Assembly: GCA_965197925.1 (NCBI GenBank)
Contig: CBDAOC010000020.1
Location: 512,001-576,000, forward strand
Direction of reading: 5' to 3'
DNA length: 64,000 nt
Origin: Nitrososphaerales archaeon
GTDB taxonomy: Archaea; Thermoproteota; Nitrososphaeria; Nitrososphaerales; UBA213
Of the stretch, positions 57,134 to 64,000 are shown one piece after another (position 1 is the stretch's first letter; every line of letters starts with the position of its first letter). Both the position numbers and the translations under genes were made by a program. The notes beneath the pieces are model-generated. The model saw nothing but the letters and a program-made list of their open reading frames with translations, did not search any database and was not told the DNA's origin.

Positions 57134-58403
57134 AATTAGATAAGAAGTTCTAAAATGCCAGCTACTGACCCGGTTTCATCTAGTATGAGATAGGATCGAT
57201 GTACCAATGTATGTTGCCATCTAGCCTTTTCTTACCATTAAAACAAGATCTTTCACCCCCACATCCATTCTTATCAATGAAGCCGTTCTATTCTTGCACA
57301 CTCCAATCAGTATACAGGTATCCGAAACAAGCAGGTCTTCATCTATAAAGTATTTTACAGAAATTGTTAGACTAAATTCTATCACTTCTATTGAGGTCAC
57401 CATCTCTTGAAGCAAATATTCTTTTTCAAAATATCCAAGGGACATTCTTACTCGAATGATATCTAAGATTTTAGGATCAATATCCTCACCGTGAGCTACA
57501 GTAAAAACACTAACTGAATTTCCTTTAGTTCAATCTTATTTATCAAATATAATACTAACGATCGTCAGGCATATCATAACGGAATTTGACACCTCAAACC
57601 CCTGTTCAATCAATTCTCCTATTGTAATAATGTCCCAATTGAAACCATTAAATCTCCATTATTTTTCCTATTGTTTGAAAGAGAGCCAGATTCTGCCGAA
57701 CAAGACTTGCCGATTCTTATAGTTGTTTCTTTCATTGGTGGATAGTATGTCTGACCGCCTGCAATTCTTGCTACTGCCTCTATGATCACTCGATAGTTTC
57801 AGTTTATCAACTTTGTTTCTATCAGTGTTTAACAATTGTGTTATTAATTTATCCTTGATTTGTTCGAGGTAAATATTCTTTCATGTCAAATATAACTGTG
57901 ATTGTTTTCAATCCCTGGAACAACCTTCTTAATTCATATTGTAGAACATTCCCCATTAGGCGTATTATCAAAGTAAAACATCTTAATTTATGAACCTCTA
58001 TCAAGCAGCATATTGTTTTACTCTTCAGGGTAAACTCAAATATACCACGCTAATCCAGGTATTTTACATAAAGGGTTGTAACCACCGATATCTGTTTGTG
58101 CGACTAACTATGCAAGCGGAATATTTCCTAACTTGTCGGTGCTCATGAATATTACATCATCACGATCCAATGCATGGCCCTGGAATCCATATTAGAATTC
58201 GGTCCTGCCAATTATACAGTAAGATTATTTCCCAATTTTATTTTATCTTCATCCTTTTTTAGATGAACGTTATAGTCAATTACAAAATAACATAGCAATT
58301 AGGATAAAGATATCAGTGCAACACCTAGGACGTACCCAAAGAGTTTCTCAGTAATATGATTAGTTTGTAATAATTGATGTTTTATGAAACGCTAAACAAA
58401 AAG

Positions 58404-59315
58404 TTAAAGTTTAAGGGCCAACTTAAGACCCTTGTATCTGTTCCTTATAGTTACTTCTGTAACACCAGCCGCTTCTGCCACATCCTTTTGCGTCTTGTTT
58501 TCACTATTCATGACGCATGCAACATAAAGTGCTGCTGCTGCTAGACCCATTGGATCTTTCCCTGCAGAAATCTTTTCTTCTTCAGCTTTCTTTAATATGT
58601 CAAGTGCTTTTCTCTTAGTCTTTTCCGTCAAACCAGCCTTTCCTGCTATCCTAGCGACACATCTAACTGGATCAACAACTGGCATCTTCAAATCAAGTTC
58701 TCTTATCAACAATCTGTAGCACCTTGCCACATCTTTTTTCTTTATATTGCTGGATCCGGCAATATCTTTTAAGGTTCTTGGGGTTTCGGTATCTCTGCAT
58801 GCAGCATACAGTGCTGCAGCAACTAGTGCAGAGATCGATCTACCTCTTACAAGCCCTTTTTCAAGGGCTTTCCTATAGATATAGGCAGCTTTTTCTATTA
58901 CAGCATCACCTACTGCCAACTTATCCTTCAATCTGTCGAGCTCGCTGAACGCTTGCCTAAAATTTCTGTCAACGGGCTCATGAACTTGGCTTCTGCTGTC
59001 CCATGTTCGTAAACGTTCTATCGTGCTCTTCATTGAGGCTGATAATGGTTTACCTGAAGCATCTTTGTCTATTGGTCCTATTATAGTTGCTAGACCCATA
59101 TCATGCATTGCAAGTGATGTTGGAATACCGGCCCTACTCCTATCTTCATGTTCCTCTTTCGAAAACGCTCTCCACTCTGGACCAAGTTCTGCAATTCTTT
59201 CTGTTAAAACGAAGCCACAACCTCCGCAGAACATTTCACCAGTAGCATTATCTGTTACCATAGGTCCCTTACCACACCTTGGACATCTTTCACTAGTAGA
59301 AACATCTTTCTCCAT
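58404..59315 (-). CDS. tfb: Transcription initiation factor IIB
   Basis: CPRC zinc ribbon, GPEWRAF, cyclin repeats, VTEVTIRNRY. Confidence 0.97.
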   Translation of the reverse strand: MEKDVSTSERCPRCGKGPMVTDNATGEMFCGGCGFVLTERIAELGPEWRAFSKEEHEDRSRAGIPTSLAMHDMGLATIIGPIDKDASGKPLSASMKSTIERLRTWDSRSQVHEPVDRNFRQAFSELDRLKDKLAVGDAVIEKAAYIYRKALEKGLVRGRSISALVAAALYAACRDTETPRTLKDIAGSSNIKKKDVARCYRLLIRELDLKMPVVDPVRCVARIAGKAGLTEKTKRKALDILKKAEEEKISAGKDPMGLAAAALYVACVMNSENKTQKDVAEAAGVTEVTIRNRYKGLKLALKL

Positions 59316-59460
59316 TTCCTATCACTAAAAATTCTGAAAGCTAAGGTATTTATATTATGTATATAAATCTTGTGTCTATTGAAGGCATCTCGAAACTCTC
59401 TAAGGTTAGTGAAACTTCGCTCACTCAATTTGTGAGCACTTTAATATTATTTGAAATTTA

Positions 59461-60407
59461 GGCTCTGTAGAAACCATACCATCAATACACTCAATATATG
59501 CTTTTTGTAGATATTACTCTTAACATCAATTCCCTATTTTGCATCTTCACCAGTCTTGATGCTATATGCCCACCAAATGCGTTTTATCACAGTCAACATC
59601 GTCTCATCCTTGTTCCTCTGGCAGTATAGATATGTATAAGAATATCCTCTTCTTTTGCTCCCTGCATTTTCCATGGTTTTCCATACTGGAACATCTACAT
59701 ACCTGTCGGATATGATACTAACAGCAAAGTTCTTCCCGTACAAATTAATGAATTATTTCACTTTCATAGCCCTTGGCTGCTGCAATGTTAGTGGCGTTAT
59801 CCTAAACGCTCTTTCCATAATGGGCACTAAATCTAGTATCAGGTTTTGGAGTCCTTCTTATCTTCGATGAGCATGCTACCTGCACTCTTTATTCTGCACC
59901 TATTGATAGGTTGATGTACTCCCTTATTCCTATTCTATCTGAATAGTATGATGATGCGTTACTGGATCTGAATCCAGAAGCATCTCTTCCTACGAACAAT
60001 TTCCTAATCTTGGTTGAGTATGAATGAAGAAATTATTCTGTACAGCGATGAACCATTGATTCTTGAAGTAAATTTCTGAAGGGGTGTATAGTATTACACC
60101 TTGTCTAACTGCAGAAACATTCTAAGATAGCATGCTTCATGCAGTCATTCTACAAACCTTCTGTAGCTCTTTCCTTCATACTGTCTGAATGCTAGAAGGA
60201 TAAGGTATTGCCATACTGTATAGATGTTATTGCTCTTCCTGTGGATGTAGAGAGGCATTCTGGACTTCATTAACACATTGAGTATAGTTTTGGCAAGTTT
60301 GACGTATCTAGACTCTTTCATGTATAGACATGAAAGGTATCTAAAATATTGCTCTCGCGGTGTAAATCCAAATACAACGAGCTAAAATTTTTGGTTTCTA
60401 CATAGCC
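59461..60407 (-). mobile_element. Degenerate IS5-family element related to 10274-11236
   Basis: TIRs GGCTCTGTAGAAACC / GGTTTCTACATAGCC; fragments DVPVWKT, QRNKDET; no TSD. Confidence 0.85.
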
Positions 60408-60499
60408 TGGATGTGCAAGCTTTACTTAGATACCCTTTAATCTCCAAACTACTGAATATTAATTATGCTACAAAATCCAAATAAGCTGTGTAAATAAAA

Positions 60500-63373
60500 A
60501 TGACTAGCAACAATATCTTTTCTACATTTGCAAGACCGTTACAAAGAGCCATACAGGAAAGGGGATTTCTCAACCCTACAGATCCCCAATTAAGAGCTAT
60601 TCCATTACTACTGGAAGGAAGAAACTTGCTTTTGGTTTCCCCTACGGGAACCGGAAAAACGGAAGCGGCGTTTCTCCCGATTCTCAATATATTATATTCG
60701 GAGCAGGAAAAAATTCATGGTATAAAGGCAATATTCATCACTCCACTTAGGGCCCTGAACAGAGATCTACTTGAAAGATTGCAGTGGTGGTGCAAGTATC
60801 TGGATATAAAAATTGCTCTAAGGCATGGTGATACAGATGTGAAGGATAGGGGAAGGCAAGCTTTGGTACCACCAGAAATCTTGATAACAACTCCGGAAAC
60901 CTTACAAGCGATACTTCCAGGTTTTCTGATGCAGAGACATTTGATGAAGGTTAGGTTTGTAATTATCGATGAAGTTCATGAGCTGGCCGATGATAAACGA
61001 GGAAGTCAACTTGCATTAGCATTGGAGAGGCTTAGAGAACTTGTGCATGAAGATTTTCATGTCATAGGTTTATCAGCTACTATAGGTACACCGGAAAAGG
61101 TAGCGAACTTTCTAGTGGGTAATGATAAACCCTGTGAAGTTGTTAAGGTCCCGGTGGCTAGATGTATGCAGTTGGAGGTTGTTTATCCTGAAGCAGCCCC
61201 AGTCGATCATAAGCTTGCAACAAAACTTTTGACATTCCCTGAAGCTGCTGCAAGGCTTAGAATAATTAGGGAACTTGTACAGAAGCACCGCTCAGTCCTA
61301 ATCTTCACGAATACCAGGAGTGAAGCAGAAATTCTAGCTAATAGATTCAGGATCTGGAACATAGACTGTCCTATAGGTCTTCACCATGGATCACTATCTA
61401 AGCCCACGAGGGTAAATACGGAGATTCAACTCAAGGAAGGAAAGCTTCATGGTGTAATATGTACAAGCTCGCTTGAAATGGGTATTGATATAGGTTCGCT
61501 TGAAATGGTTATTCAATATAACTCCCCACGCCAAGTCACACGGCTTATGCAAAGAGTTGGAAGGAGCGGTCATACGGCAGCCCGGACAGCCAAGGGTGTC
61601 ATAATTACTCAGGATTCCGAAGATACACTTGAATCCATGGTAGTTGCAAGAAGGGCATATGAAGAGTTGTTAGAGCCAGTATCCATTCCTGATATGCCCT
61701 TGGATGTACTTGCACATCAAATTGCGGGTCTCCTTCTACACAGCAAAGAGTGGGTTCTTGACGACGTTCTTCAGCTGGTAAGGAGAGCTTATCCATATGC
61801 TGCCTTGAAGATGGATGATCTGATAAAAGTTTCAGAATACATGAATTCACGCTTTCCTAGGACTGCATGGCTATCCAGTGATAACAAGTATATCAAGAGG
61901 CCCATAAATCCTAAACAACTGTACAAGTATTATTTTGAAAATCTTTCTATGATACCGGAAGAAAAGCATTACCTTGTTTTGAAGGAAGATGAGACTCCAA
62001 TCGGTGTTCTGGATGAAGCGTTCGTTGCAGAGCATGGGGAGATAGGTACAAAGTTTGTGGAAGGTGGTTCCGTTTGGAAAATAATTCAAGTTTATAATGA
62101 CAGAATTTACGTTACTCCCGAGGATGATCCAACAGGAGCAATACCTAGCTGGGTTGGAGAGGAAATTCCTATTCCATTTGAAATTGCTCAGGAAGTAGGG
62201 ATGATTAGAGGTAAGGTCGAGAATGACCTTTTGGAACAAATAACCATGAGTCAGATAACACAAGAGATCTGTGACAAATACCCCGCCAAAAGGAAAACTG
62301 TTGAAAGAGCATTATCTGAAATCAAGGAACAAGTGGAGAGAAGATTGTCTATACCCACGGACAAGAGTATCACCATTGAGAATTGGGATTATTATTTGAT
62401 AATGAATTGTTGCTTTGGTCATTTGGTGAATAGAACCCTTAGTAAATTACTCGCCCATAGGCTTTCGGAAAAAGTAGGTAGTGCTGTTGAAGTGCAACAA
62501 GATGCCTTCAGAATCGTCATCAAGGGCGCATCAATTGATATCGATGAACTTGAAACATTATTACGTGAGCTTGTAAAGGAAGATATCAAAGAGCTATTCA
62601 TTGGCGCGTTAACCCGGACTGGAACTTTCAAGCGAAGAATTTTACATGTAGCGAAGAAGTTCGGAGCAATTGCAAAAACGGCTGACTTATCAAGTATCAG
62701 CCTGGGTAACATAATAGAAGGTTTTAGGGACACGGCAATATTTGAGGAAGCTGTAAGAACGGTCTTAAGGCTGGATTCTGACCTTGAGGGTACAGCAAAA
62801 GTATTGGAATTGATAGATAGTGGAGAAATTAAAATCGTTATTCTGGATAATAAAGACCAACTATCACCGCTATCCAGGATTGGTATGGAGGAAATGGGAA
62901 GACATTCTGATCTTATCCCTCCTCAGAGATTGCAAAAAATACTGTTAGAGTCCACAAAGGCCAGATTACTTTCTGAAGCAAGAACCTTGGTTTGTACTCA
63001 ATGCTGGGATCATGTTCGTACCAATTCAATTAAGGAATTAGCTAAGGATCTCAAATGCCATATCTGTACATCTACCAGTGTAGGCCTAACTGAAGAAACA
63101 GAACAGAGATGCATTTTACTCTGTGAGAAGATGCATTCCAATCCTTCGATTCTCCCAAAGAACTATGGGAGGCTACATAAAACTCTCATAAGATCAGCCG
63201 GACTTGCTACTAGGCATGGTTTTCTAAGTGCCATTGTCCTTGCAGGAAAAAATATTCCAGTGTCTGATGGAGAAAAGATCTTGGAAAATGTAAAACACTT
63301 TAATGATACGATGGTAGAATTGATCATGAAGGCTGAACGTCGTGCCTTAAAGAGACGATATTTTGGATCCTAG
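60500..63373 (+). CDS. lhr: Lhr-family ATP-dependent DEAD/H helicase
   Basis: PTGTGKT, DEVH, SAT, HHGSLS, QRVGRSGH, PSWVGE, C-terminal zinc ribbon. Confidence 0.95.
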   Translation: MTSNNIFSTFARPLQRAIQERGFLNPTDPQLRAIPLLLEGRNLLLVSPTGTGKTEAAFLPILNILYSEQEKIHGIKAIFITPLRALNRDLLERLQWWCKYLDIKIALRHGDTDVKDRGRQALVPPEILITTPETLQAILPGFLMQRHLMKVRFVIIDEVHELADDKRGSQLALALERLRELVHEDFHVIGLSATIGTPEKVANFLVGNDKPCEVVKVPVARCMQLEVVYPEAAPVDHKLATKLLTFPEAAARLRIIRELVQKHRSVLIFTNTRSEAEILANRFRIWNIDCPIGLHHGSLSKPTRVNTEIQLKEGKLHGVICTSSLEMGIDIGSLEMVIQYNSPRQVTRLMQRVGRSGHTAARTAKGVIITQDSEDTLESMVVARRAYEELLEPVSIPDMPLDVLAHQIAGLLLHSKEWVLDDVLQLVRRAYPYAALKMDDLIKVSEYMNSRFPRTAWLSSDNKYIKRPINPKQLYKYYFENLSMIPEEKHYLVLKEDETPIGVLDEAFVAEHGEIGTKFVEGGSVWKIIQVYNDRIYVTPEDDPTGAIPSWVGEEIPIPFEIAQEVGMIRGKVENDLLEQITMSQITQEICDKYPAKRKTVERALSEIKEQVERRLSIPTDKSITIENWDYYLIMNCCFGHLVNRTLSKLLAHRLSEKVGSAVEVQQDAFRIVIKGASIDIDELETLLRELVKEDIKELFIGALTRTGTFKRRILHVAKKFGAIAKTADLSSISLGNIIEGFRDTAIFEEAVRTVLRLDSDLEGTAKVLELIDSGEIKIVILDNKDQLSPLSRIGMEEMGRHSDLIPPQRLQKILLESTKARLLSEARTLVCTQCWDHVRTNSIKELAKDLKCHICTSTSVGLTEETEQRCILLCEKMHSNPSILPKNYGRLHKTLIRSAGLATRHGFLSAIVLAGKNIPVSDGEKILENVKHFNDTMVELIMKAERRALKRRYFGS

Positions 63374-63942
63374 TCAACTGATTCTTCAATCGGAGTTTTT
63401 TCTGAAAGAATTAGGCTCAGCAGTGTTTTCTGATCTATTTCGGCCTTTGCTCGCCAACCGATAATTATTATATCCTTTTCTTCGACAAAATATCCTCTTC
63501 TTATGAACCTATCAAGGTTAAGCTGAACTTTCCACTTCGGGAATTTTTCACGCAAGACTTGTTCCAGATCCTTCCGCCTGACCTTACCTTGTCTGGGAAT
63601 CAAGTAAGCTATACCCGCAGCCAGTACCGCTATGTCATCTATCCTTAACCCTAGTGTACCCGTCTCAATTCTAGATAATGGTTCTTTGATTACAATGAAG
63701 AATCTTGCCGAATCCAGTACCTCAGATTCTGATTGATTTTCCTTTTCCTCTACAGAGACCGTCTTAACAGATAGTCCTAACGTCGCGATTTGAGTATTTA
63801 ATATGTCAACATATTTCTGATAATCTTTGCCCAGTACCTTCCGCAGCTCCCAACCCTTTACTCCAGGATACCTGTGTTTCTGAAGAACCAACATCTGAAA
63901 AGCCCTTCCAACTTTTCCACTAACTTGAGCTTCCTCAGACAT
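63370..63942 (-). CDS. Tandem winged-helix protein, putative SMC kite subunit (Nse1/Nse3-like)
   Basis: Two wHTH-sized halves; ILNTQIATLGL and GWRAKAEI resemble kite motifs. Confidence 0.55.
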   Translation of the reverse strand: MSEEAQVSGKVGRAFQMLVLQKHRYPGVKGWELRKVLGKDYQKYVDILNTQIATLGLSVKTVSVEEKENQSESEVLDSARFFIVIKEPLSRIETGTLGLRIDDIAVLAAGIAYLIPRQGKVRRKDLEQVLREKFPKWKVQLNLDRFIRRGYFVEEKDIIIIGWRAKAEIDQKTLLSLILSEKTPIEESVD

Positions 63943-64000
63943 TTACTCTACTCTCCATGGTCCTTTGCCACGATTCATTATCAAATGTAACAGCTATGGA
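63935..64000 (-). CDS. 3' end of an upstream gene, partial, overlapping the kite-like gene start
   Basis: Open frame SIAVTFDNESWQRTMESRVNV*. Confidence 0.45.
   Translation of the reverse strand, partial: SIAVTFDNESWQRTMESRVNV

Noticed and set aside
57140..58400. ORF 57221-57445 and surrounding sequence as genes
   Set aside because: Looks like heavily decayed coding DNA but no family is recognisable.
366..62733. Numerous short antisense or overlapping ORFs in the track (e.g. 366-656, 8310-8612, 41455-41958, 62419-62733)
   Set aside because: Shadow frames of well-supported genes or transposases.

Overview
AT-rich archaeal chromosomal segment. Type IB topoisomerase, TFB, Sec61-beta, aIF-1, DUF2070, PEF-CTERM and CFI-box-CTERM proteins indicate a Thaumarchaeota/Nitrososphaeria genome (inference). 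Positions ~1.3-38 kb form a decaying accessory region with many IS copies and MITEs and about a dozen frameshifted or nonsense-disrupted genes. Positions ~38-64 kb are mostly intact housekeeping genes (topo IB, intron-containing tRNA-Ser, CBS-TrkH, opp ABC transporter, dcd, TFB, Lhr, a kite-like protein) with two further IS. The most striking signal is in three copies of an IS982-like element: a 36-bp stretch of the transposase gene is exactly duplicated around a foreign 37-bp insert, while a fourth copy has the empty site. This geometry matches an off-target CRISPR spacer integration. Also notable are an 82-nt structured sRNA candidate, an orphan CARF-wHTH regulator, an IS-bounded and possibly inverted split gene, and an Nse1/Nse3-like kite gene. 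All product calls come from motif recognition by eye; no database searches were run.
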